In this document: positions 8,887-17,898 of the stretch, in pieces
Position numbering within the stretch: position 1 is the first letter of the stretch
How the letters are laid out: each line of letters opens with the position of its first letter
Assembly: GCA_034667725.1 (NCBI GenBank)
Contig: JAXDQS010000003.1
Coordinates: 96,001 to 160,000, forward strand
DNA: 64,000 nucleotides
Direction: 5' to 3'
From: Thermoplasmata archaeon
Lineage (GTDB): Archaea > Thermoplasmatota > E2 > JACPAO01 > JAHFTW01
Position numbers and translations under genes: made by a program
The notes under the pieces: model-generated
Told to the model about the DNA's origin: nothing
The model's database searches: none
Seen by the model: only the letters and a program-made list of their open reading frames with translations

Positions 8887-10722
8887 ATGACCGTCCCGCC
8901 TGCCTCCCAGGACGACCGCCTCCGCAAGGCGCTGCGGACCCCGACGGGCCACGGCGAGGACGACGAGGCCAAGCCCAAGCCCGAACGCAAGGCCAAGCCC
9001 GGGGCCCACCCGGTGGCCGCCCAAGGAAACGGCGCCAGCCGGGCCGTGGCCACCCCGCACGTCATCAAGGACCGCCAGCCGCTGCCCGAGGCGCGGCCGC
9101 CCCCCGTGCCCGTCGTCGCGCCCAGCAAGGCCGGGCCCCGCAAGGCCGCCCCGGCCGGCGCGGGGGCGCGCGTCGTCGCGGCCGGCGACGCGCGGCCGGA
9201 GGGCGCGGTCGTGCCGCCCGACCTGTCGTCCGGGATGCGCGAGGTCGAGCGCACCCCCATCATCCCCGACAAGGCCTGGGTCCGCATCGTGTTCAACGAG
9301 AGCGAGCGCACCTACTCCTACGAGGTCACAGAGCCGACGCTGTCGGAGGACGAGCGCACCATCCTCAAGTTCCTGCGCGACACGCTGCTGCGCACCCTGG
9401 ACGGCCGCTACGCCAACCGGCCGGAGGCCGAATGGTCGGACATCCTGCTGGAGGCGACGCGCGACGCCATCCACAAGCACCAGGTCCGCCTCGACGACGC
9501 CGGCCGCGAGCGGGTCGAGTACCACCTCATCCGCGACTTCCTCGGCTACGGCCCCATCGACGTGCTGATGCGCGACGCCATGATCGAGGACATCTCCTGC
9601 GACGGCCCGGGCATCCCGATCTACCTGTTCCACCGCAAGTACGAGTCGCTGCGGACCAACGTGCAGTTCGACGACGAGCTGCAGCTCGACGCCTTCGTCA
9701 TCCGCCTGGCCCAGCGCTCCGGCAAGCACATCAGCGTCGCCGACCCCTTGCTGGACGCCACCCTGCCCGACGGCTCCCGCCTCCAGGCCACCCTGAGCCG
9801 CGAGGTCACCACCCGCGGCAGCTCGTTCACCGTCCGCAAGTTCCGCGCCGACCCGCTGACCCCGCCCGACCTCATCCGCCTGGGCACCTTCGACGCCCGC
9901 ATGGCGGCCTGGTTCTGGTTCGTCATGGAACTGGGCGCGAGCTTCGTCCTGGCCGGCGGCACCGCCTCCGGCAAGACCACCAGCCTGAACGCCATCTCGC
10001 AGTTCATCCCGCCCGAGAAGAAGATCGTCAGCATCGAGGACACCCGCGAGATCAACCTCAGCCACGAGAACTGGATCGCGGGCATCACCCGCACCGGCTT
10101 CGGCGGCGAGATCGTCGGCGGCAAGGTCGCCGGCACCATCGACATGTACAAGCTGTTGGAGGCCGCCCTCCGCCAGCGCCCGGAATACCTGCTGGTGGGC
10201 GAAGTGCGCGGCCCCGAGGCGCTGACCCTGTTCCAGGCCATGGCCACCGGCCACGCCGTCTACTCGACGATGCACGCCGACTCGGTCCAGTCCGCCGTCT
10301 ACCGCCTCGAGAACCCGCCCATCAACGTCCCGCGCATGATGCTCCAGACCCTGGACATCGTCGCCATCCAGGCCCAGGTCCGCATCGGCGAGCGCATGAC
10401 CCGCCGCATCAAGGAGGTCACCGAGATCGCCGGCTTCGACCCCGACTCGCGCGAACTCCTGACCAACACGGTCTTCGTGTGGGACTTCGCCACCGACCAG
10501 CACCGCTACCTCGGCAAGTCCACCCTGCTGGAGCAGGTCATGGAGGCCCGCAACATCCCGGAGGACCAGATCATGAAGGAGTGGTCCGACCGCACCGAAG
10601 TGCTCCAGTGGATGGTGCAGCAAGGGATGCGGCACTACGCCGACGTCGCCCGCGTCGTCAGCGCCTACTACCGCGACCCGAAGGGGATCATGGCCAAGAT
10701 TCGGGCAGGTGCTTCGTCCTGA
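8887..10722 (+). CDS. Type II/IV secretion system ATPase (FlaI/TadA/PilB family), pilus assembly
   Basis: Walker A GGTASGKT, SIEDTRE, LRQRPEYLLVGEVRGPEA, ATGH..STMHA; Pro/Ala/Lys-rich N-terminus; alternative start 8842. Confidence 0.95.
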   Translation: MTVPPASQDDRLRKALRTPTGHGEDDEAKPKPERKAKPGAHPVAAQGNGASRAVATPHVIKDRQPLPEARPPPVPVVAPSKAGPRKAAPAGAGARVVAAGDARPEGAVVPPDLSSGMREVERTPIIPDKAWVRIVFNESERTYSYEVTEPTLSEDERTILKFLRDTLLRTLDGRYANRPEAEWSDILLEATRDAIHKHQVRLDDAGRERVEYHLIRDFLGYGPIDVLMRDAMIEDISCDGPGIPIYLFHRKYESLRTNVQFDDELQLDAFVIRLAQRSGKHISVADPLLDATLPDGSRLQATLSREVTTRGSSFTVRKFRADPLTPPDLIRLGTFDARMAAWFWFVMELGASFVLAGGTASGKTTSLNAISQFIPPEKKIVSIEDTREINLSHENWIAGITRTGFGGEIVGGKVAGTIDMYKLLEAALRQRPEYLLVGEVRGPEALTLFQAMATGHAVYSTMHADSVQSAVYRLENPPINVPRMMLQTLDIVAIQAQVRIGERMTRRIKEVTEIAGFDPDSRELLTNTVFVWDFATDQHRYLGKSTLLEQVMEARNIPEDQIMKEWSDRTEVLQWMVQQGMRHYADVARVVSAYYRDPKGIMAKIRAGASS

Positions 10723-11594
10723 GCGTCCAGTCGTTCGCCAACCGGCTCTACGGCCCGCTGGCCCGCCAGCGCGTCCAGCGCAACATCCGCCTTTCCGAGG
10801 TGCTGCAGCGCGCGCACATCCCCGTGCGCCCGGAGACCTTCCTCGCCTCCGCCTACCTCATCGCCACCGTCGCCGGCATCGTCGCCTTCCTCCCCGTCCT
10901 CCTCCTGATCCTGGCGGCCTTCGCCGGCGCCATCCCCATCGAGCCGGCCTACACCGTGTTCCTGGTGCCGGCGCCGGTCATCGTCGCCGCCCTCGCCTAC
11001 ATGCTGGCCGTGCTGCTGCCCGAGCTGCGCGCCCTCAACCGCCGCCGCGACATCGAGGCCAAGCTCCCGTACGCCCTGAACTACATCGCCACCATGGCCT
11101 CCGCCGGCGCCACCCCCGACGCGCTGTTCGCCGGCCTGTCCCGCCAGCCCCTCTACGGCGAGGTCGCCGAGGAGTGCGCCTGGATCACCCGCGACCTGCG
11201 CCTGCTGGGCATGGACGTCATCGGCGCCCTCCAACGCGGCATCGAGCGCAGCCCCAGCCCCAAGTTCCAAGACTTCCTGCAAGGCGCCATCACCGCCCTC
11301 AGCTCCGGCGGCGACCTCAAGGTCTACTTCACCGGCAAGGCCGAGCAGTACCTCCTCGAGAACCGCCAGGAGCAGCGCAAGTTCCTCGAAGGCCTCGGCG
11401 TCCTTGCCGAGTCGTTCGTCACCGTCGTCGTGGCCGCCCCCCTGTTCATCATCGTCATCCTGTCCGTCATGACCAGCTTCGGCGGCAGCGCCTCCGAGAC
11501 CCTCCTCATCGGCTACATCCTCGTGTTCTTCCTCATCCCGCTCGCCCAGGCCGGCTTCGCCTGGACGGTCCAGGTCATGACCCCGGAGGCATGA
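10719..11594 (+). CDS. Type II secretion system F (TadC/FlaJ-like) pilus platform protein 1
   Basis: RRRDIEAKLPYALNYIATMASAG...YGEVAEE...SPSPKFQDFLQG; multiple TM helices; start uncertain (CTG 10719 or GTG 10800). Confidence 0.9.
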   Translation: MSVQSFANRLYGPLARQRVQRNIRLSEVLQRAHIPVRPETFLASAYLIATVAGIVAFLPVLLLILAAFAGAIPIEPAYTVFLVPAPVIVAALAYMLAVLLPELRALNRRRDIEAKLPYALNYIATMASAGATPDALFAGLSRQPLYGEVAEECAWITRDLRLLGMDVIGALQRGIERSPSPKFQDFLQGAITALSSGGDLKVYFTGKAEQYLLENRQEQRKFLEGLGVLAESFVTVVVAAPLFIIVILSVMTSFGGSASETLLIGYILVFFLIPLAQAGFAWTVQVMTPEA

Positions 11595-11595
11595 G

Positions 11596-12837
11596 ATGGA
11601 GCAGGAGCAGCCCAATCCGCCCCCCCGCAAGGAGTTCATCGGCGACAACCCCAGCGAGCGCACCGCCTCCTCGCTGCCGACCATCCACGGCATGTCCTCC
11701 GTCGAGTCGCCCAGCCCGCCGCAGCGCCCCGGCTCGCTCCGCCTCCGCCTCATCCTGCTCGGCGGCCTCGCCAGCATCGGCGCCGCCCTCGCCCTCGGCA
11801 CCGTGTTCGCCAACGCCGGCGCCGCCCTCCAAAGCCCCCTCGTCCTCGGCCTCCTGCTGCTGCTGTTCGCCACCGCCGTCGCCGGCATGGTGGTCGCCAC
11901 CCGCCTGTCCCAGACCCCCAAGGGCCAGAAGATCCTCTACAAGGTCCCCATCAACGCCAAGCGCCGGTTCGAGCGCGGCCTGGTCCTGGTCTCGGTCATC
12001 CTCGCCGCCGTCCTCGCCCTCCCCGTCGTCGCGTTCTTCCTCGGCGTCCCCACCGGCCTCCCCGGCACCGCCTGGATCCACTTCGCCTGCGCCTCCCTCC
12101 TCGCCGCCATGGCGCCCTACGGCTTCTACCGCGCCCGCGAAGAACGCCGCATCCACCGCATGGAAGCCCGGTTCCCCGACTTCCTGCGCGACATCGCCAG
12201 CTCCCACAAAGGCGGCCTCACCCTGGCCGAATCCGTCCGCGTCGCCGCCCGCGGCGAATACGGCCCCCTCACCCCCGAAGTCCGCCGCATGGCCGACCAG
12301 ATCACCTGGAACCTCGCCTTCACCGAAGCGCTCCAGATGTTCGCCGACCGCGTCGACACCCCCCTCGTCCGCCGCGCCGTCGCCCTCATCCTGCAAGCCG
12401 ACAAGTCCGGCGGCGCCACCACCGACGTCCTGCTGGCCGCCGCCCGCGACGCCCGCGAGATCAAGACCCTCCAGAACGAGCGCCGCCTCAGCATGAGCCT
12501 GTACGCCGCCGTCATCTACGTGACGTTCTTCGTGTTCCTCGGCGTCGCGGCGGTGCTCTACTCCCAGTTCATCCCGCAGCTTGTCGCCAGCCAGAACGCC
12601 GCCGCCGCGCAGGCCGCCGCCACCGGCGTTGGCGGGCCTGGCGGTGTCAGCGGGGTTGGCGGCGCGACGCTCAGGATCGAGGACTTCCAGCTGTTCTACT
12701 TCATGGCCGCCATCATGCAAGGCATCGGCGACGGCATCGTGGCCGGCATGATGGGCCAAGGGCGGGCTGTGTTGGGGCTGCGGCACTCGTGCATCATGGT
12801 GTTCATCGCGTACGTGACGTTCGTGTTCCTGCTGTGA
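11596..12837 (+). CDS. Type II secretion system F (TadC/FlaJ-like) pilus platform protein 2
   Basis: MEARFPDFLRDIASSHKGGLTL...GEYGPLTPEV...KSGG..TDVL; TM helices. Confidence 0.92.
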   Translation: MEQEQPNPPPRKEFIGDNPSERTASSLPTIHGMSSVESPSPPQRPGSLRLRLILLGGLASIGAALALGTVFANAGAALQSPLVLGLLLLLFATAVAGMVVATRLSQTPKGQKILYKVPINAKRRFERGLVLVSVILAAVLALPVVAFFLGVPTGLPGTAWIHFACASLLAAMAPYGFYRAREERRIHRMEARFPDFLRDIASSHKGGLTLAESVRVAARGEYGPLTPEVRRMADQITWNLAFTEALQMFADRVDTPLVRRAVALILQADKSGGATTDVLLAAARDAREIKTLQNERRLSMSLYAAVIYVTFFVFLGVAAVLYSQFIPQLVASQNAAAAQAAATGVGGPGGVSGVGGATLRIEDFQLFYFMAAIMQGIGDGIVAGMMGQGRAVLGLRHSCIMVFIAYVTFVFLL

Positions 12838-12843
12838 GCCGCG

Positions 12844-13097
12844 CGACGAGCACCGATTCACTCAGATTCAGAAGATTCACACAGAAGTCTGTGGAATCTG
12901 GGTCCAGTCGGCGGCGCCCGACGGGCACTGATTCTCCCAGATTCGGAAAATTCCCGCAGGCCATCTGTGGAATTTTGGCTAGGCCCCGCCAGAACCAAAG
13001 CAAGGTCTGTGGAATCTGTGTGCGTCGGGAACCGAACGGGCACTGATTCACCCAGATTCGGAAGATTCACACAGAATTCTGAATCTGTGTCCAGGCG
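12844..13097. repeat. Modular palindromic intergenic repeat cluster A (short, long, truncated-short units)
   Basis: Three copies of CGACGGGCACTGATTnnCCCAGATTCGGAAGATTCnCACAGA..TCTGTGGAATCTGTGTCCAG; between convergent genes; matches 47967, 51865 and 28712 loci. Confidence 0.92.
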
Positions 13098-13109
13098 ACC
13101 GGGTGGTGG

Positions 13110-14456
13110 TCAGCCCACGACCTTCTCCCACTTCTTCAGGTGTAGCACCGAGCTCAGGGTCTTGCCGCGCCGAATCTCCTCCCGCAGCCGGCCCTCCTTC
13201 TCGTGGACCTCCAGGCTCCGGTTCGCGACCTGCTGCGCCTCCTCCTGCGGGACCACGACGACGCCCATGTCGTCCGCGACGATCCAGTCGCCGCTGCGGA
13301 CCGCCTGGCCGCCGCACTTGACCTCGGCGCCGATCTCGCCGTACCCTTTGGGCTCGCCGGCGTTGGGCACCACCCAGCGGCTCCAGGCGGGGAAGCCCAT
13401 GGCGCGGATGTCGTCGATGTCGCGGATGGCGCCGTCGATGACGACCCCTGCCACGCCTTTGACCTTGCAGGACCAGCTTGCAAGCTCGCCCCACATGGCG
13501 GTGGTGGTGCCGCGCGAGTCGATCACGAGCACGTCGCCAGGCTGCGCGACGTCGATGGCCTCGACGGGTTTGGCCCAGTCGCCGTCGGCGGTGAACACCG
13601 TGACGGCGCGGCCGGCGATGCGCTTGCCTTGCTGGCGGGCCTCGATGCCGAGCATGGCGCCTTTGCGGTGCATGGCGTCGCTGACGTTCGAGGTGCTGCA
13701 TTGGGCGAAGGCGGCGGCCAGCTCGTGCTGGGAGTAGCGCTTGCCGTGGTCGGTGGGCAGGACGGAGCGGTCGCGCATGGCGCGCGCGAGCTTGCTGGCC
13801 TCGGAGGTGATGTCGGCCGCCTTGGTGAGGGCGCCGCCGACGATGACGATGCTGGCGCCAGCCTTGACGCACGGCCCGACGGTCTCGGAGTTGAGGCCGC
13901 CGGCCACCATGACGGGGATGCGGACGGCCGCCACGATGGCCGCCAGGACCTTGAGCGGGTCCTCGCCACGCATCTGCTCGTCGATGCCGAGGTGGAGGCT
14001 GACGTAGTCGCAGCCGAGCGCCTCGGCCTGCCGGGCGCGGGCGAGCTTGTCGGGCACGGACAGGAGGTCCATGTACACCTTGGCGCCGTGCTTGCGGGCG
14101 GCCTTGACGGCTTCGCGGAAGGTGTCGTCGGAGGCGGCGCCGAGGATGCCGACGACGTGGGCGCCGGCCTTGATGGCGATCTCGGTCTCGAACGCGCCGG
14201 TGTCCATGGTCTTCATGTCGGCGACGATGGTGCAGCCGGGGAACTCCTTCCGCAGGGCGCGCACCGCGTCCAGGCCGCACGCCTTGATGAGCGGCGTGCC
14301 CGCCTCGACCCAGGTGGCGCCGCCGGCGACGGCCTCGCGCGCATACTGGAGGGCGCGGTCGAGGTTGACCTCGTCGAGGGCGACTTGCAGCACGGGCCAG
14401 GCCGGCGTGGGCGGGGCTTGCGCGGGCGCCGGGCTGGCCTTGAGCGCCACGGTCAT
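13110..14456 (-). CDS. hxlA: Bifunctional 3-hexulose-6-phosphate synthase / RraA-family protein
   Basis: LQVALD...EAGTPLIK...ADMKTMDTG HPS barrel fused to STSNVSDAM...AMWGELA...DGAIRDID RraA domain. Confidence 0.9.
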   Translation of the reverse strand: MTVALKASPAPAQAPPTPAWPVLQVALDEVNLDRALQYAREAVAGGATWVEAGTPLIKACGLDAVRALRKEFPGCTIVADMKTMDTGAFETEIAIKAGAHVVGILGAASDDTFREAVKAARKHGAKVYMDLLSVPDKLARARQAEALGCDYVSLHLGIDEQMRGEDPLKVLAAIVAAVRIPVMVAGGLNSETVGPCVKAGASIVIVGGALTKAADITSEASKLARAMRDRSVLPTDHGKRYSQHELAAAFAQCSTSNVSDAMHRKGAMLGIEARQQGKRIAGRAVTVFTADGDWAKPVEAIDVAQPGDVLVIDSRGTTTAMWGELASWSCKVKGVAGVVIDGAIRDIDDIRAMGFPAWSRWVVPNAGEPKGYGEIGAEVKCGGQAVRSGDWIVADDMGVVVVPQEEAQQVANRSLEVHEKEGRLREEIRRGKTLSSVLHLKKWEKVVG

Positions 14457-14560
14457 GCGGCTTTCCAGGGCCGAGGCTGGCTTCAAGGTTGGGACGGGTG
14501 CAGGAGGGTGCAGGCCCCGCGCACAAGCCTTTTCCATCCCGGGCCGCCCTGGGCGACCCC

Positions 14561-15964
14561 ATGCAGGTCCGCCTCCTAGCCTTGGCCGCAGCGTTCGTGG
14601 CCGCCACCTTCGCCGGCTGCGTCCAGCCCGACGACAACCTCCCCGTCGGGACCCCGGACGCCACCGTTTCGCTCCTTGCCGGCCCCGCCCTCTGGAACGA
14701 CCCCCAGAACGCGCCGCACGCCAAGTGGGGCTGGGCGACCCTGAGCAACCCGCCCGCCGGCGAGATGCCGCGCTGGTGGCAGCCGTTCAACGGCACCGCG
14801 CTGCCCGAGCACGTCACCGGCTTGGCGCACGTCGTCCAGGCCCCGGGCGTCGAGCAGGGCGCCGGCATCGCGCTGTTCGGCAGCGTCGCGGTGGTCCCCG
14901 ACGACGCCGCCAAGGCCTACTTCGTGGACATCTCGCAGCCGGCCGACCCGAAGGTCCTCGGCACCCTGGAGTCCAGCGGCCGCGGCGCCGCCATCATCGC
15001 CTACCCCGACGGCCGCCTCGTGGCCGTGAGCGCCACCACCGCCGGCTTCGACGTCATGGAGTTCACCGACCCGACCGCCCCCGAGATGCTGTCCCAGGTC
15101 GAGGTCCCCACCCAGGGCGGCCACAAGCTCGGCGTCGTCCCCGGCACGCCCATCGTCTACAACGCCGGCAGCCAAGGCGGCGACCCCATCGCGCCGCTCT
15201 ACAGCCCCGGCCCGTGCAACATCGACATCAGCCAGTGCGTCGGCTACACCGAAATCTACAACCTCACCGACCCGAGCAACCCGGTCCTGGTGCAGAACTT
15301 CCAGAACGGCCTCAGCTGCCACCACGTCTTCTTCTGGAACGCCCCCGACGGCTCCAAGTCGCGCGCCGTGTGCGCCGGCCTCCAGTACACCCAGCTCTGG
15401 GACACCGCCGACCCCGAGCACCCCACGGTCCTGGTCAGCCTGCCCGTCCACCACGGCACCCCCGGCACCCCGAGCGCCATGGTCAGCATCGCCGACTTCA
15501 GCCACTCCGCCGGCCTCAACGCCGCCGGCGACGTGCTCTACGTCGGCGACGAGTCGGGCGGCGGCGCCATCCCGCCCGGCTGCGTGGCCGGCGCCGACAC
15601 CCCCGTCGGCGCCACGGGCACCCCCATCGGCGCGACGTGGTTCTACGACGTCTCCGACGAGGCCAACCCGCAGCTTCTGGGCTACTACACGCCCCTCAAC
15701 GACCCCCGCATCAAGGACCCGCAGACGAGCTGCACCACCCACCACGGCCGTCTCGTCCCCGAGGAGGGCCGCGACCTCTTGGCCATGAGCTACTACGGCT
15801 CCGGCGTCATCCTGGTCGACTTCACCGGCATCGGCGCCGGCACCCTCCCCACCTCCGTCGCCCAGTTCGCCGACGGCTCCAACACCTGGGAGACCTGGTA
15901 CGCCGGCGGCTACCTGTTCACGGGCGACCTGAGCCGCGGCATGGACGTCCTGCGGCTGACCTAA
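14561..15964 (+). CDS. LVIVD-repeat (beta-propeller) lipoprotein
   Basis: Lipobox FAGC; repeats such as YFVDISQPADPKVLG, WFYDVSDEANPQLLG; terminal GDLSRGMDVL; His motifs CHH, SHS, THH. Confidence 0.82.
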   Translation: MQVRLLALAAAFVAATFAGCVQPDDNLPVGTPDATVSLLAGPALWNDPQNAPHAKWGWATLSNPPAGEMPRWWQPFNGTALPEHVTGLAHVVQAPGVEQGAGIALFGSVAVVPDDAAKAYFVDISQPADPKVLGTLESSGRGAAIIAYPDGRLVAVSATTAGFDVMEFTDPTAPEMLSQVEVPTQGGHKLGVVPGTPIVYNAGSQGGDPIAPLYSPGPCNIDISQCVGYTEIYNLTDPSNPVLVQNFQNGLSCHHVFFWNAPDGSKSRAVCAGLQYTQLWDTADPEHPTVLVSLPVHHGTPGTPSAMVSIADFSHSAGLNAAGDVLYVGDESGGGAIPPGCVAGADTPVGATGTPIGATWFYDVSDEANPQLLGYYTPLNDPRIKDPQTSCTTHHGRLVPEEGRDLLAMSYYGSGVILVDFTGIGAGTLPTSVAQFADGSNTWETWYAGGYLFTGDLSRGMDVLRLT

Positions 15965-15982
15965 GGGACCGACCCCAACCCC

Positions 15983-15988
15983 CTTAAG
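15983..15988 (+). promoter_or_regulatory. TATA box of leuC
   Basis: CTTAAG 22 nt upstream of ATG 16011. Confidence 0.55.
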
Positions 15989-16010
15989 TGTCCCCCTCCT
16001 GGGCGCAGCA

Positions 16011-17330
16011 ATGGCTGGGATGACCCTCCCGCAAAAGATCCTGGCGCTCAAGGCGGGCGCCAAGTCCGTGACGGTCGGCGAGGTCGTCGACTGCAAGGTG
16101 GACGTCGCCATGGCGCACGAGGCGCTGGCGCAACTGGTCAAGCCGTTCGCGGAGATGGGCGCCACCAAGGTCTGGGACCCGAACCGCATCGTCGTCCCCA
16201 TCGACCACTGGATCCCCGCGTCGAGCGAGTCGTCGGCCAAGATGCACGCCAGCATCCGCGCCTTCTGCGAGAAGTACGGCCTGCCGCACCTCTACGACAT
16301 CGGCCGCCAGGGCATCTGCCACCAGATCCTCGCCGAGGAGGGCTTCTGCTTGCCGGGCGACCTGGTCGTGGGCACCGACAGCCACACCAACATGGCCGGC
16401 GCCCTGGGCTGCTTCGCCTCCGGCATCGGCCCCACCGAGATGGCCGCCGTGTTCGCCACTGGCGAGCTGTGGCTGAAGGTCCCGCCCACCATCAAGGTCG
16501 ACCTCCAAGGCGAACTGGTCGAGCCCGTCGCCTCCAAGGACGTCGTGCTGTCGCTGATCGGCCAGATGGGCGACGACGGCGCCCGCTACCAGGCCGTCGA
16601 GTTCGGGGGCCCCGCCGTCGACCGGATGCCGATGTACCAGCGCCTCACCCTCACCAACATGACCACCGAGATGGGCGCCAAGGCCGGCCTCATCGCGTGC
16701 GACCAGGAGACCCTCGACTACCTCGACGCCACCCCGATGGCCAGCGGCCGCCGCGCGGAGATCCGCACCCATGCCGGCCTCCGCAGCGACAAGGACGCCA
16801 AGTACGCCAAGACCTACACCCTCGACTGCTCCAAGCTGGAGCCCGTGGTGGCCTGCCCGCAGAGCCCGGAGAACGTCAAGAAGGTCCGCGACGTGTCCGT
16901 GCCCAAGGTCGACCAGGTGTTCATCGGCTCCTGCACCAACGCCCGCTACGAGGACCTGGAGACGGTCGCGGCCATCCTCAAGGGCAACCACGTCAAGAAG
17001 GGCACCCGCCTCGTCGTGTTCCCGGCGAGCACCAGCATCTACCTGCGCGCCCTGGAGTCCGGCATCATCAAGACCATCACCGAGGCCGGCGGCATCTTCA
17101 ACCCCAGTTCGTGCGGCGCCTGCTTCGGCGGCATGGGCGGCGTCCTGGCGGAGAAGGAAGTGTGCGTGAGCACGTCGAACCGCAACTACAAGGGCCGCAT
17201 GGGACACCCCGACTCGATGAGCTACCTCGTTTCGCCCGCGACGGCGGCCGTCACCGCGCTGGAAGGCAAGCTGACCGACCCGCGGCAGTACTTCAGCGAG
17301 GGCGAGCTGCGGAAGAAGGTCGTGGCGTAG
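16011..17330 (+). CDS. leuC: 3-isopropylmalate dehydratase/homoaconitase family, large subunit
   Basis: DH, GICHQ, GTDSHT, IGSCTN, CGACFG, STSNRNYKGRMG motifs. Confidence 0.93.
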   Translation: MAGMTLPQKILALKAGAKSVTVGEVVDCKVDVAMAHEALAQLVKPFAEMGATKVWDPNRIVVPIDHWIPASSESSAKMHASIRAFCEKYGLPHLYDIGRQGICHQILAEEGFCLPGDLVVGTDSHTNMAGALGCFASGIGPTEMAAVFATGELWLKVPPTIKVDLQGELVEPVASKDVVLSLIGQMGDDGARYQAVEFGGPAVDRMPMYQRLTLTNMTTEMGAKAGLIACDQETLDYLDATPMASGRRAEIRTHAGLRSDKDAKYAKTYTLDCSKLEPVVACPQSPENVKKVRDVSVPKVDQVFIGSCTNARYEDLETVAAILKGNHVKKGTRLVVFPASTSIYLRALESGIIKTITEAGGIFNPSSCGACFGGMGGVLAEKEVCVSTSNRNYKGRMGHPDSMSYLVSPATAAVTALEGKLTDPRQYFSEGELRKKVVA

Positions 17331-17341
17331 CCGCACGACCT

Positions 17342-17394
17342 GAACCACGGAACCCACGGGACCACGGGTCCGTGAAATCCGTGCTCCGTGGTCC
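17342..17394. repeat. Short REP-like palindrome (CCACGG x3 / CCGTG x3)
   Basis: GAACCACGGAACCCACGGGACCACGGG-TCCGTGAAATCCGTGCTCCGTGGTCC between convergent leuC and SRPBCC genes. Confidence 0.65.
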
Positions 17395-17403
17395 GCCTCG
17401 CCG

Positions 17404-17847
17404 TCAGGCGTTGGCGGCTTCCCGCTCCAGGTTCGCAAGCTCCTGCGCGTACGCCTTGCGCGCAAACCGCGGCGCGCCCTTCGACTCCAGCCAGCCCTTG
17501 AGCCCGGGCTTGCGCGGCCACACTGTCGCGATCGTCACCTTGCAGCCGCCGTCGTCGTCCGGCTCCAGCAGGAACCGCGTGACTGTGCCGTCGTCGAGCC
17601 GCTCCTCCAGCACCCGGCCCGGCACAGGTTCGATCACGTGCATCCGCAGCACCAGGCGCCGCCCGCCCGCCTTCACGGTCACCCGGAGCACGGTGCCAGC
17701 GCCGCGGCCGCCCTCCTCGACGACGAGGTCCTCGAAGGCGTCGGGCAGGATGCGGGCGTGGCCGCCGCGGTAGTCCACCAGGATGGCCCACAGCCGCTCG
17801 GCGGTGGCGGGGATGCGGCGCGACACGGCGGCGGCGAACGTGGCCAT
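17404..17847 (-). CDS. SRPBCC (polyketide cyclase/START-like) family protein
   Basis: SRRIPATAERLWAILVDY..HARILP..VEEGGRGAGT; 147 aa. Confidence 0.85.
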   Translation of the reverse strand: MATFAAAVSRRIPATAERLWAILVDYRGGHARILPDAFEDLVVEEGGRGAGTVLRVTVKAGGRRLVLRMHVIEPVPGRVLEERLDDGTVTRFLLEPDDDGGCKVTIATVWPRKPGLKGWLESKGAPRFARKAYAQELANLEREAANA

Positions 17848-17898
17848 GCCCGCGCAAAAGGCATGGGGCCTTTCAAGCCCGGCGCCCTGCGCAAGCCC

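Noticed and set aside
4542-12837. Archaellum (motility) operon
   Set aside because: No archaellin-like C-terminal domains or ArlF/G/H genes; two separate TadC-like genes fit a pilus system.
12789-13070. Short ORFs over the repeats (e.g. MNLPNLGESVPVRFPTHTDSTD..., also 47674..48165, 47979..48503, 52042..52452)
   Set aside because: They are translations of the non-coding palindromes in inconsistent frames and strands, with atypical codon usage.
12844-13097. Repeat clusters (also 47967-48221, 51865-52160) as CRISPR arrays
   Set aside because: Units are 65-110 nt and degenerate, linkers are conserved between loci rather than unique spacers, there are only 3-4 units, and no cas genes are present.
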